Below, one piece after another: positions 9,818-19,304 of a DNA stretch of 64,000 nt. How positions within the stretch are numbered: the stretch's first letter is position 1; each line of letters opens with the position of its first letter. Location: positions 4,144-68,143 of the forward strand of contig MWCI01000010.1 of assembly GCA_002069965.1 (NCBI GenBank). The letters run 5' to 3'. The translations under genes were made by a program, and so were the position numbers. Source of the DNA: Spirochaetes bacterium ADurb.Bin218. Its GTDB lineage: Bacteria > Spirochaetota > UBA4802 > UBA5550. The notes under the pieces are model-generated. The model was not told the DNA's origin. It did no database searches and saw only the letters and a list, made by a program, of their open reading frames with translations.

Positions 9818-11929
9818 ATGAAATACTATCTATGTGTTGATGAAAAAGGTCAATTTGAGCATGATCTCTTTAAAAAAGAAAAATCCACTGTTGGCGGTTT
9901 TTTCTGTAATGAGAGCTCTTACTATAAAATTGAACACACATTCGAAAATTTTCTAAAAGAATTCAATAAACAAGTTACTCAGTATAAACCTCATATCCCA
10001 AAACTTACGAAGTCCGAACTTCATTTCAGAATACTACACTGCGGTAAAGATCCATTCCAAGAAGGCTTTACTTACCCAAAAGATAAAGGACAGCAGTTTA
10101 TAAAAGAAATTCTCTCTAAAGTGAAAAACAATCTACTCATGATATGTCATACCTCGGGCAAAAGCCCACTGTATCTTCACCCACAGCATAACTACGTCAT
10201 AGCTTTAATATCTCTAATTGCAGGAGTAATCACCAATCAAAAGGAAATTCTGAAAGGCAGCAATGAGCTAATTATAAAAATCGCCACAAGAAATAAAATT
10301 GTCCTCTCTGGTTATGCACAAGAAGATAAAGAAAAATATCAGAGTATACTCAAAAAAGAAATAGAGGAAACATTACGCAGAGCTCTCCTGCCCGCTGAGC
10401 TTGAAATAAAACTTGAATTCTTACAAGCTAAAGACAATTACCATCTAATACTTGCTGACTTTTTACTCGGAGCAATGTATGATAGCATCTATGCTGAAGA
10501 GATCTCCCCTTTGCCCAAAAAAATTTTTGACATAAATCAATTCTATCATATATCACTAGGCAATAAGCCTGAAAGGATTTTAAGCGATCTCCAGAAGAAC
10601 AACAATATTAAAGAAGCTGCACTCCTTGCTCTTGATTTTTATAACAACAAAGAAGAAAAATATCAAGAATCAGCTAAAAGCTTTTTGTATAACATTCTCC
10701 CAGAATTTCTTCAAAGGAAGGACTTTTCCCTGGAATTTGCCTCTCTGTTAGATCTTTTTCTCTCTGAGATAAACGCACAAAGGCACGCAAGTCCCACCTC
10801 ACTTGAAGATCTCAAAAGAACCTCCTCTATTCTGCTTGAAATTGAAAAAGAAAAGAACTTATATCTTCCACCTTCAATAAAAGAAAGGTGCCTATATTAC
10901 CTTGTCCATTATGAGGCCCATAGCGGAGTCTCTGCGGATCCTCAAAACTCTTACTCACAGCAATATGAGAATTTTTTTAAAGACAATGGTCATCTTATTT
11001 ATCCATCTCTTCCTGAGAGAGTAAGTAAAAGGCTTGAAACAAAACTCATAGCACTGCAGAGCCTTTACTTTAACAACTTTTTATTTGAGGATATAATAAA
11101 AGATTTTGAGCCAGAGATAAATCTATATGAACAAACATTCAAGATCCTACACCAGAGAGAAAAAACAGATAGTCTATATGCCCGCCTTTGCGGCACCTAT
11201 GCTCAGGCTCTTGCCTTTTGCGGATCTATCAATAACAACAAAAAACTAATATATGATGCTATAGACTATTTTAGCATTGACCTTCAGTATCTTGAAGAAG
11301 ATTCTCAATTTAAACACCAATGCTTGAGCTTTTTGCTATCCTGCTACTGGATGCTTGAAGACATAGAAAACTATAAAAAAACATTTCGCGACATGGTTGA
11401 GGATTTTGATAATATAGATGAACTCCTGCATAAAATCGAAAAAGCCCGACTCTCAGAAAACGAAAAAATCTTCAGGCTCCTTGATTTTATGAGATATGCA
11501 GAGCTTGCTGAGAGACTGGACTTCGATAATCTATCTGCAAAAAGCAAAAAGACGCTACTGGGGCTTACAGAAAAATATAGCAATAAAGCAATTTACTACC
11601 CATACAACCTGTTTATAAAGTGGAATGCGCTGCTACAATTTCGTTATGGATGCACAGAGAAAGCCATGCAACTCCTGCAACTCATAGACAAACCTATAGA
11701 TAATTCAATATTTTATCAGATGACAGCTGCAATTGCAAAAATGATGATGAGAACCATAGAACAGAATAATCAAAGGGATGAAGAGATAAGCAACACTATA
11801 AAAATTTTAAGATCACAATATCCGGGCTTTAAGAGATTTGCCGAGGCAAAAAATCTAAGTGACGATGTTAAACAAAATAACCATACTATCGAGGAGATTG
11901 TGAGGCTGATGCCCTACTACTACTCTTGA
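9818..11929 (+). CDS. Uncharacterized 703-aa cytoplasmic protein: DUF3800-like N-terminal module (~230 aa) plus a long alpha-helical/TPR-like repeat region
   Basis: Long uninterrupted ORF with no TM segment or signal peptide. Motif-level resemblance to DUF3800: YYLCVDEKG at the extreme N-terminus, ELHFRIL, and LILADFLLGAMY. The remainder is helix-rich. The RBS is weak. Confidence 0.75.
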   Translation: MKYYLCVDEKGQFEHDLFKKEKSTVGGFFCNESSYYKIEHTFENFLKEFNKQVTQYKPHIPKLTKSELHFRILHCGKDPFQEGFTYPKDKGQQFIKEILSKVKNNLLMICHTSGKSPLYLHPQHNYVIALISLIAGVITNQKEILKGSNELIIKIATRNKIVLSGYAQEDKEKYQSILKKEIEETLRRALLPAELEIKLEFLQAKDNYHLILADFLLGAMYDSIYAEEISPLPKKIFDINQFYHISLGNKPERILSDLQKNNNIKEAALLALDFYNNKEEKYQESAKSFLYNILPEFLQRKDFSLEFASLLDLFLSEINAQRHASPTSLEDLKRTSSILLEIEKEKNLYLPPSIKERCLYYLVHYEAHSGVSADPQNSYSQQYENFFKDNGHLIYPSLPERVSKRLETKLIALQSLYFNNFLFEDIIKDFEPEINLYEQTFKILHQREKTDSLYARLCGTYAQALAFCGSINNNKKLIYDAIDYFSIDLQYLEEDSQFKHQCLSFLLSCYWMLEDIENYKKTFRDMVEDFDNIDELLHKIEKARLSENEKIFRLLDFMRYAELAERLDFDNLSAKSKKTLLGLTEKYSNKAIYYPYNLFIKWNALLQFRYGCTEKAMQLLQLIDKPIDNSIFYQMTAAIAKMMMRTIEQNNQRDEEISNTIKILRSQYPGFKRFAEAKNLSDDVKQNNHTIEEIVRLMPYYYS

Positions 11930-12791
11930 GACTCTTCCATGCAAGTTCTTCAAATCTGCGGCAGTTATCAAATCTATAGCCATTTGCTATTAAATACTTT
12001 ATAACATCCTCAAGGGTATAAACAAAATCTTTCTTTTTAGGTCTAATAGTCCCCACATGCATGAGCATTATCGTCCCATGGTAAAAAGGTGTATCAGCGC
12101 AAAAAATTTCATAATTGAACTTGTTTACTATAGCATGAAGATTGTTTTTCATATTGAGCCTTTTTTTAAAAAGCTCCATGAATTCCTCATTGCTTAAATA
12201 CTCTGGCTGATCTTCACAAACCCAGTCATAGCTTCCAAGATTTACATCAATATGAACATATTCAAGCTTCAAAGCAGCCTCAAGCATCCATGGCTTGTCT
12301 ATATGTTGCAATCCAGGGGAGCGCCATATTCTTGTAATCTCACGACCTGTAACCTTTGTATATAACAACTCAGTTTCATAAAGTTCATTGAGCAACTCAT
12401 CCTCATTACGAAAATTCATATTGTGAGTAAAGGTATGATTCCCAATGACATGACCTTCATTTGCTATTTCTTTGACTCTGGCTGGATATTTTTTGATAAA
12501 ATTCCCTGTGACAAAAAATGTGGCTTTTATTTTATATTTACGCAAAATTTTTAATATATAGCTCAGATTCTCATCATTTCCCCCACTGTCAAAGGTAAGA
12601 AAAAAGTTAAGTTCCTTTTCTGGATGTCTGATTATATTTTTGTTCTTGCGAAAATTCTTCACATCAACAGTGCAGTGACTTTCATCAATAGTCAGGTCAG
12701 TGGGAATTTCTTCTCTTGTATAAAAGCTGCTGCATGATGTCAACAACGGGAAAAAAACAAAGATCCATACAATAAAAAATCTACTTTTCAT
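11886..12791 (-). CDS. Polysaccharide deacetylase (NodB-homology) lipoprotein
   Basis: Lipobox LLTSC. NodB motifs TFDSGGN and GNHTFTH. The 3' end overlaps the convergent 703-aa gene by 44 nt. Confidence 0.8.
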   Translation of the reverse strand: MKSRFFIVWIFVFFPLLTSCSSFYTREEIPTDLTIDESHCTVDVKNFRKNKNIIRHPEKELNFFLTFDSGGNDENLSYILKILRKYKIKATFFVTGNFIKKYPARVKEIANEGHVIGNHTFTHNMNFRNEDELLNELYETELLYTKVTGREITRIWRSPGLQHIDKPWMLEAALKLEYVHIDVNLGSYDWVCEDQPEYLSNEEFMELFKKRLNMKNNLHAIVNKFNYEIFCADTPFYHGTIMLMHVGTIRPKKKDFVYTLEDVIKYLIANGYRFDNCRRFEELAWKSLKSSSRASASQSPR

Positions 12792-12885
12792 AATATAGGA
12801 GTTACCATAAATAAAATTATACTATGAAGACAAAAAAATACTTTCCTCTTTTTGGCAATATAAAAAAATAAACCAAGAGGTAATT

Positions 12886-13542
12886 ATGAGATTTAAAGGT
12901 GTAATATTTGATCTTGATGGCACATTGCTTGATACGCTTGAGGACATCGCAGACTCCATGAATACAGTCCTTAAAACTTTTAACTATCCAACTCATTCTC
13001 TGGAAAAATACAAAATACTTGTTGGCATGGGTATGAAAAACCTGGTAACCAATGCCCTGCCTGATATAGCACGAGATGAAGCATCTATAGAAAAAGCATT
13101 CAAAATGATGTTTGAAGAATATAACCACAGATGGGATAAAAAAACAAAACTCTACCCTGGCATAGAAGATTTACTGAATAATTTATCATCAAAAAACATA
13201 AAGCTTGCTGTTTTATCAAATAAGATAGACAGTATAACTCAGCTCATTTTCAAAAAATATCTCTATAAATGGGAATTTGTAGCAGTCTTTGGCGAAAGAA
13301 AAGGCATCCCCCGTAAGCCTGATCCATACTCTCTTCTGGAAATTGCAAAGATAATGGAACTTCGCCCTGAAGAGATTGTGCTATTGGGAGATTCAGGAAC
13401 AGATATGACTGCTGCCAATAATGCAAATATGTATGGCGTTGGAGCACTGTGGGGATTTCGCCTTGAGGAGGAATTACTATTGCATGGAGCAAAAGCTACA
13501 GTGAAAAGGCCAATGGATCTATTTACGCTATTTGAAAAATAG
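12886..13542 (+). CDS. HAD-superfamily hydrolase (phosphoglycolate phosphatase / PpaX-like)
   Basis: HAD motif I FDLDGTLLDT, then SNK, then GDSGTD. AGAGG RBS. Confidence 0.85.
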   Translation: MRFKGVIFDLDGTLLDTLEDIADSMNTVLKTFNYPTHSLEKYKILVGMGMKNLVTNALPDIARDEASIEKAFKMMFEEYNHRWDKKTKLYPGIEDLLNNLSSKNIKLAVLSNKIDSITQLIFKKYLYKWEFVAVFGERKGIPRKPDPYSLLEIAKIMELRPEEIVLLGDSGTDMTAANNANMYGVGALWGFRLEEELLLHGAKATVKRPMDLFTLFEK

Positions 13543-13584
13543 TATATACCAGAAGTTATTTCAAAATTTTATTAAAAAGGGAGC

Positions 13585-13612
13585 TTGACATTACAAATTT
13601 TTCTGTTATATT
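13585..13612 (+). promoter_or_regulatory. Sigma70-type promoter for the 160-aa gene
   Basis: TTGACA (13585-13590), 16-nt spacer, TATATT (13607-13612), 30 nt upstream of the ATG. Confidence 0.5.
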
Positions 13613-13641
13613 TTTAATAAAACAGGTTATGGAGATAGGTC

Positions 13642-14124
13642 ATGAATGAAAGGATACACACTCCAGAAGAGGATGAAAAATCATTATATACAGAAAGATT
13701 TGAAAAAATTGCCAAAAGCTTTAAGAGAAAGGGTCTATTGGTTGTTGCTATTGATATCCTATTAACAGTAATAATTGCCATAGCATATGCTTCTGGTAAA
13801 TCAAGCTCAATGGATCTGACAATCACAATTGCACTACTTTCGGTATTTACATTTCCCTTTATATTTTCATTTTTAAATAAAAGCTCACAACTTATGTCAG
13901 ACATTGAATCCAATAGAGTTCAAATTGTAACTGGTGAGGTTCTTAAAATCAAAGAAGAGCAAAAAGGCAATAAAACATTTAAATTACTCATTATGGATAG
14001 AGCCAAAATCCTCATTGACTCCAGATTTTGTAGCGATTTTAAGGAAAATGACCGCATAAGAATTATACGGGGAGTATCTTCCAAAGTCCCAGTTCTGGCA
14101 GAAAAAGACCAGGAGGATAATTAA
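13642..14124 (+). CDS. Hypothetical membrane protein (two predicted TM helices)
   Basis: GGAG RBS and its own promoter. Hydrophobic stretches LLVVAIDILLTVIIAIAYA and ITIALLSVFTFPFIFSFL. I recognise no family. Confidence 0.6.
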   Translation: MNERIHTPEEDEKSLYTERFEKIAKSFKRKGLLVVAIDILLTVIIAIAYASGKSSSMDLTITIALLSVFTFPFIFSFLNKSSQLMSDIESNRVQIVTGEVLKIKEEQKGNKTFKLLIMDRAKILIDSRFCSDFKENDRIRIIRGVSSKVPVLAEKDQEDN

Positions 14125-14126
14125 TC

Positions 14127-16613
14127 TTACACCTTAAAAAATTCCATCTGAGCCTTTAAGGTCTCTGCCTGAGCGGATATCTCCTCAGCACTGGAGGCTA
14201 TCTCTTCTGCAGAGGCTGCAACTGCCTGAGTTATACTGTTAATCTGATCCATAGTCTTTGCCATTTCCTGATTGGAGAGCATCTGCTCATTTGTAGACAT
14301 GGATATAATCTCTGACATTTCATTAACCCTTTTGGTTCGCTCCAGCACCTCCACAGTTGAAAGCCTCTGCCGTTCTGCAGCCTCAGTTATCTTTGTGACA
14401 AGCTCTTCTGTGTGGGCTATATACTCAATAATTCTATAAAAGGCATTTCCCGTTTCATCAACATTCTTTCTGCCAGCTTCTACCTCCCTTAAGCCCAGTT
14501 GAACAAATTCCGTAATCCTCTTTGCACTGGCTGCTGTCTCATCAGCAAGCTTGCTTATTTCCTCTGCAACCACTGCAAAACCACGACCATGCTCCCCTGC
14601 TCTGGCTGCCTCTATTGAAGCATTAAGAGCAAGAAGATTTACCTGATCTGATATATCGCTTATGAGTCTTACCGTGTCAGCTATACGCTGTGTGCTCTCA
14701 TCAATTCTATTCATACCCTCAATGGTGTTTTGCATAAGATTTTGACCTATGTTTGCCTGATCAGTAGTTCCCTTTGCCTTCTGGAGTGCCTCTACAGCAA
14801 GCTTTGCAACCATTTCATTATCATCTTTCAGCTTTTCCATTGACACAAAGGCCTCTCTGGTAAGGCGGGACTGTTCACCGGCATTCCCATTTATGAGTTC
14901 AATAGAACCAGAAATCTCTTCCAGAGATGCTGAAGCCTCCTCAACAGAAGCAGCCTGACTCTGTGCCCCATCTGACATCTTTGCGCTTGTTGCAGCCAGT
15001 TCCTCAGCAGAAGCAGAAAGTTGAACAACAGAATCAAGTGATGAGCTAATTGTGCCACGAAGTTTCCTCTGGAAGAGCTTGAAGTTGCGAATCATATCAC
15101 CAAATTCATCAGCAAGAAAATCGTTGCTTTCTGCAGTAAGATCCCCCTCTGCAAGCCTTTTTAATATAGCTACTGTATTTTGAATTGGATTTGAAAAACT
15201 ACGAGCAATAGCTCTGATGATGACAAAGGTCAACAAGCCTATAATGATCAGAGCGATAACAATCTCCACAAGGACAAACTGTATCTCATCAATAAAATCT
15301 CTTTTATCCATTGAAAAAATAAGAAAATCCCCTGTGGCAGGTATTTTCTTTTTATAAGAAAATACCTCTTTACCAAAAAAAGTGTAGCTAAAAATCTTAC
15401 CTTCAGATTCTGTTACAAGTTTATTGATGTTTATAAAATTTTTTCCATCATCTACAAATTCCTTACCTATACTTTTCCCTATGGTATCTCTATTCGTATG
15501 AAATAAAGCCTTCCCTTCTTTATTTAAAATCATAAACCTTCCACTTTTGAAGATTCTATCTTCTGACAATAAAGTCTCAATTCTCTCAAGAAGTATAGTA
15601 GCGCCAACAAGTCCTGTAATTTTACCTCCAGAGTCATGAACAGGAACAACTGCAACAACTATCATCTTTCCTGTCATTTTGTTTATCACTGGCTCTGATA
15701 TTATCTCCTTGCCTGTAGTTATAACAGAATTGAAATATGCTCTATCTTTAATATTTTTTATATCTCCAAGGCTATTAGGGCTATTGCCATTTAAATCAGC
15801 AACAAAAAGCATTTCTACATCAACACTCTTCTGACCATGAATGGACACTAAAAAATTCTTTATAGCATTTAAATTCATGCTCTTTACTTCACTGGTGTTT
15901 GCATAGACTCTCAACTGCTCAAGAGTTTTCTCATAAAGTGAAGATATAAATACCACATTTTTTTCAACCTTGGAAGAAACATTTGATGTCACTGTAGCTA
16001 CTGTCTGAATATAGCTAATTTTATAAATACCCACAGAGGCAAAGATTAAAATGAGCATTATGGCAGATAAAATTGGTATTACTATTTTCTGGAATATATT
16101 CAATGGTTTATACTTTACATTGATGGAATCCCTATGGGCAAATAGAAAATGATAAAGCTTAATCTTCAGGTGATAATACATCAAAGCAACTGCAATAATC
16201 ATCTCCAAAATACCTACCAGGCCAAAAAAAACAAGCTGCACAGGTGAAAGCAAAATGCCTTTGTTATAAGCAATTACAACAGTAAGGCATGGACCAATAA
16301 AACAACCAGTTGCCATGAGAATCATTGAAACACGAGGGAAAAGGGAAAGCTCTCTTGAAAGGGAAGCAGAATCCTCTCCAGAGATCAAATCGCTAAGTCT
16401 GCGAGCAAAATAATAAAAAGCACCTGTAAAAGAAAAAACAATCAATGGAGCTAAGATCAAAATAATAGATATAAATCCAACAAGGCCTTCAAATCCGAGG
16501 GCTATTATAAGTGATGCGAAAAAGACAATGGGATGAACAGAAAAGTATAGGAGAAAAATCCTTAGAAGCTCTTTTAAAAAATTTTGCTTTTCCTCAGAAG
16601 ATGCCACAGACAT
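14127..16613 (-). CDS. Methyl-accepting chemotaxis protein: polytopic N-terminal module + dCache + HAMP + MA domain
   Basis: 828 aa. MA signature [27 protein letters not shown]. About 5 TM helices precede the Cache-like periplasmic region. AGAGG RBS. Confidence 0.9.
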   Translation of the reverse strand: MSVASSEEKQNFLKELLRIFLLYFSVHPIVFFASLIIALGFEGLVGFISIILILAPLIVFSFTGAFYYFARRLSDLISGEDSASLSRELSLFPRVSMILMATGCFIGPCLTVVIAYNKGILLSPVQLVFFGLVGILEMIIAVALMYYHLKIKLYHFLFAHRDSINVKYKPLNIFQKIVIPILSAIMLILIFASVGIYKISYIQTVATVTSNVSSKVEKNVVFISSLYEKTLEQLRVYANTSEVKSMNLNAIKNFLVSIHGQKSVDVEMLFVADLNGNSPNSLGDIKNIKDRAYFNSVITTGKEIISEPVINKMTGKMIVVAVVPVHDSGGKITGLVGATILLERIETLLSEDRIFKSGRFMILNKEGKALFHTNRDTIGKSIGKEFVDDGKNFININKLVTESEGKIFSYTFFGKEVFSYKKKIPATGDFLIFSMDKRDFIDEIQFVLVEIVIALIIIGLLTFVIIRAIARSFSNPIQNTVAILKRLAEGDLTAESNDFLADEFGDMIRNFKLFQRKLRGTISSSLDSVVQLSASAEELAATSAKMSDGAQSQAASVEEASASLEEISGSIELINGNAGEQSRLTREAFVSMEKLKDDNEMVAKLAVEALQKAKGTTDQANIGQNLMQNTIEGMNRIDESTQRIADTVRLISDISDQVNLLALNASIEAARAGEHGRGFAVVAEEISKLADETAASAKRITEFVQLGLREVEAGRKNVDETGNAFYRIIEYIAHTEELVTKITEAAERQRLSTVEVLERTKRVNEMSEIISMSTNEQMLSNQEMAKTMDQINSITQAVAASAEEIASSAEEISAQAETLKAQMEFFKV

Positions 16614-17051
16614 ATAAATACCTCTATTATTTTGATATTTTTATACATACACAACTCAAAAAATTTCAATTAATTCAATTTTACATTTCATCATCATTTA
16701 AAATATGAAATATATTTCCCTTTAGCAAAAAATTTTCCAAATTTTATAAAAGTTTAAGGAAGTCAAGTAATAAAAGCTTTGAGTGAATCAGCTTAAGTCT
16801 GATCTTATAAAGAGAGAGTGTGTAAAATTTTTGTCCAGATTAAGTCAATAGAAACTCTGGCAGCTTTAAGTAAGCAACTATTCCCAGCAAAATGCAATTT
16901 AATTCTCTGCTTCTCCAAAAATTTCCCCTCTGGATTTTTTCAGTTTTTCTTTTCTCTCAACCATTACATCATCTACTCGATTGAGGATTTACTCAGTTAT
17001 TTTTAACCCATTTCCATCTTCCCATTGAAGTGGAACAGATTATACAAAAAC

Positions 17052-17492
17052 AGAATCACGGTTAAGCTTTACAATTATCTCAACCAACTGCATATATTTT
17101 ATAAAAAATATATAAAAACAAAAACTCAATTAAGCTTTACAATTATCTCAACCACCACAATATATTTTATAAAAAATATATAAAAACAAAAACTCAGTTA
17201 AGTTTTATAATTATCTCAACCACCACAATATATTTTATAAAAAATATATAAAAACAAAAACTCAATTAAGCTTTACAATTATCTCAACCACCACAATATA
17301 TTTTATAAAAAATATATAAAAACAAAAACTCAGTTAAGTTTTATAATTATCTCAACCACCACAATATATTTTATAAAAAATATATAAAAACAAAAACTCA
17401 ATTAAGCTTTACAATTATCTCAACCACCACAATATATTTTATAAAAAATATATAAAAACAAAAACTCAGTTAAGTTTTATAATTATCTCAAC
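17052..17492. repeat. Tandem array with 68-bp period, 6 full units plus 1 degenerate unit. Two variants alternate, giving a 136-bp dimer x3. The last unit is the 3' end of the ompA-like CDS.
   Basis: The unit phase marker ctca[a/g]ttaag recurs at 17125, 17193, 17261, 17329, 17397 and 17465 (exact 68-nt spacing). A degenerate copy starts at about 17052. Like-variant units look identical by eye. Confidence 0.95.
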
Positions 17493-18611
17493 CCTCCTAT
17501 TTTTCTTACGTCCTTCCTCTGTGGAGTTATCTGCAAGTGGATTTTGTGAGCCATAGCCTTTATAAGAAAACTTATCATGACCCAGTTTTCCCTTAAGATA
17601 CTCTGCAACAGTTTTGGCTCTCTTTTCTGAAAGAGAATAATTATAATCCTTTTCGCCAATATTATCCGTGTGTCCCTCTACAATAATTTCCCTATCTGGA
17701 TACTTTTTCTTTATAATATCTGCAATTTGTCTTAGCTTTTCCTCTGTGTCTTTTTTTAAAGCATAAGAGTCAAAATCAAAAAGCAAATCCCCCATGCGAA
17801 CAACAATTCCTCTTTTGTCAACATCTGAATCAACTCCTTCAGGAAGTTCCTTTTGCAGATTTTCCTTTTCTTTCTGTTTCTCTTCATCTGTATAATTTTT
17901 ATAGAGGCTATTTTCTGTTTTGATGTCCATGGCAAATTCTGCTGTGGCAAAAACTCCTCCACCGCTAGCGAATAAAAAAATAATCCTATAATTATCCTGT
18001 ATATTCTTTGGCTTTTGAGATTTAATATCCCAGAAAACCAGCCCATCATTTTTCCCAGCAATAGCCACAGGGAAATCCGATGGATAATTCCCAGAAAGCT
18101 TTACATCAATATTATAGTGATAGCTTATGACAGCAATCTGCCTGCCATTTTCTTCTGTTAACTGTAAAAATCTATATTCCACAGGAAAAGTAAGGCTAAA
18201 GGCTCTTGAAAAATTGTCTATAACAAGCTCACCATTGGCAACCCAGTTGTCTCCAGGGTTGACGTCTTTCTCTGGAAAGGAGGGAATATGCCTGAGATTT
18301 GGCATATAATCATTTTTTCGAACTATAAAATTACCCTTAGGTTCAATTAAAAAATCCACTACAAATTTTCCAGTTAATTTAAAAACTTCTTTAAGCATAT
18401 TTACTCTGTCAGATTTATCAGTGCAGGTGAGATCTATTATATTCCTTTCTTCGTAAATTCGTTTAAGAGAAGAATTGATGTAATATTTTACTCCTGCAGT
18501 TTTTACCATTTCAATGCGTTCACCCTTTGCTATGTCCCATCGCAAAGGGACTGCTGAGAGTGGTATGGCTGAAAAAAGTAATATAAGCAGGATAAAAGAA
18601 AAATTTTTCAT
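17466..18611 (-). CDS. OmpA-family protein (signal peptide, uncharacterized N-terminal domain, C-terminal OmpA-like peptidoglycan-binding domain)
   Basis: C-terminal motifs EGHTDNIGEKDYNYSLSEKRAKTVAEYL and NRRVEI. N-terminal signal peptide MKNFSFILLILLFSAIPLSA. Confidence 0.9.
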   Translation of the reverse strand: MKNFSFILLILLFSAIPLSAVPLRWDIAKGERIEMVKTAGVKYYINSSLKRIYEERNIIDLTCTDKSDRVNMLKEVFKLTGKFVVDFLIEPKGNFIVRKNDYMPNLRHIPSFPEKDVNPGDNWVANGELVIDNFSRAFSLTFPVEYRFLQLTEENGRQIAVISYHYNIDVKLSGNYPSDFPVAIAGKNDGLVFWDIKSQKPKNIQDNYRIIFLFASGGGVFATAEFAMDIKTENSLYKNYTDEEKQKEKENLQKELPEGVDSDVDKRGIVVRMGDLLFDFDSYALKKDTEEKLRQIADIIKKKYPDREIIVEGHTDNIGEKDYNYSLSEKRAKTVAEYLKGKLGHDKFSYKGYGSQNPLADNSTEEGRKKNRRVEIIIKLN

Positions 18612-18663
18612 AAGTAGCTCCAGGGGGAAAATATCCCCTATCTGCTTATCGGCAAGTTAAACT

Positions 18664-19221
18664 TTAGATTTCAGCAATTTTTTTAAAGTAAGAAATAAGA
18701 TGATAAACGATGATCCCATAGGCCACAGACACATTCAGTGACTGCTTTAGTCCATACATAGGAATTTCTACAGAGCTATGGCAAAGCTCCAGAGCTTCAT
18801 CACTTATGCCATCTACTTCATTTCCAAGGACAATGCAAAGAGGAAAATTATATATTGCTTCATCATAACTCTGACTGCAATCAGTATGCTCCAGTGCAAC
18901 TATTGTATAGCCTTCGTTGCGCAAGTTCTTTAATACTGAAACAGTATCACAACTATGCTCCCATGGAACAGTATCAACACTTCCAAGTGCTGTTTTATCT
19001 ATCTCCTTTCGTGGGGGATAGCCAGTATAACCACACAACCAGAGCTTTTCTATCAAAGCTCCATCAGACGTTCTAAATATGGAGCCAACATTATAAAGGC
19101 TACGTATATTCTCTGCCACAACAACTATGGGAAAACGACTTTTTTGCTTTAATTCATCTTTATCTGGTCTTCTTATCTTTAATTCTTCATCTGGAATTTT
19201 TTTCATAACTACAAAATCCAT
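18664..19221 (-). CDS. SpoU/TrmH-family RNA 2'-O-methyltransferase
   Basis: 185 aa. SpoU-type motifs NVGSIFRT, LVLGNEVDGIS-like (CIVLGNEVDGIS) and SLNVSVA. The start may be the internal MKKIP. Confidence 0.8.
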   Translation of the reverse strand: MDFVVMKKIPDEELKIRRPDKDELKQKSRFPIVVVAENIRSLYNVGSIFRTSDGALIEKLWLCGYTGYPPRKEIDKTALGSVDTVPWEHSCDTVSVLKNLRNEGYTIVALEHTDCSQSYDEAIYNFPLCIVLGNEVDGISDEALELCHSSVEIPMYGLKQSLNVSVAYGIIVYHLISYFKKIAEI

Positions 19222-19304
19222 TAAGTTTATTCAGCAATTAACATTGAAGATTATTGAAACAGCTAAAAAATCACAGTAAAAAAAAGCAAACATAAAAAGT
19301 GATC

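Noticed and set aside
10140-10175. Possible P-loop (HTSGKSP) in the 703-aa protein
   Set aside because: It does not fit GxxxxGK[ST], since there is no Gly five residues before the GK, and no Walker B follows. It is not an NTPase motif.
16818-17006. 62-aa plus-strand ORF in the MCP/ompA intergenic region; also the 84-aa ORF at 44072-44326
   Set aside because: No RBS, low-complexity sequence, and both sit in AT-rich promoter regions. There is no support for coding.
17052-17492. Possible CRISPR array, because of regularly spaced repeats
   Set aside because: The entire 68-bp period is repeated. There are no unique spacers between repeats, no cas genes, and the last unit is part of a CDS. It is a tandem duplication, not a CRISPR array.
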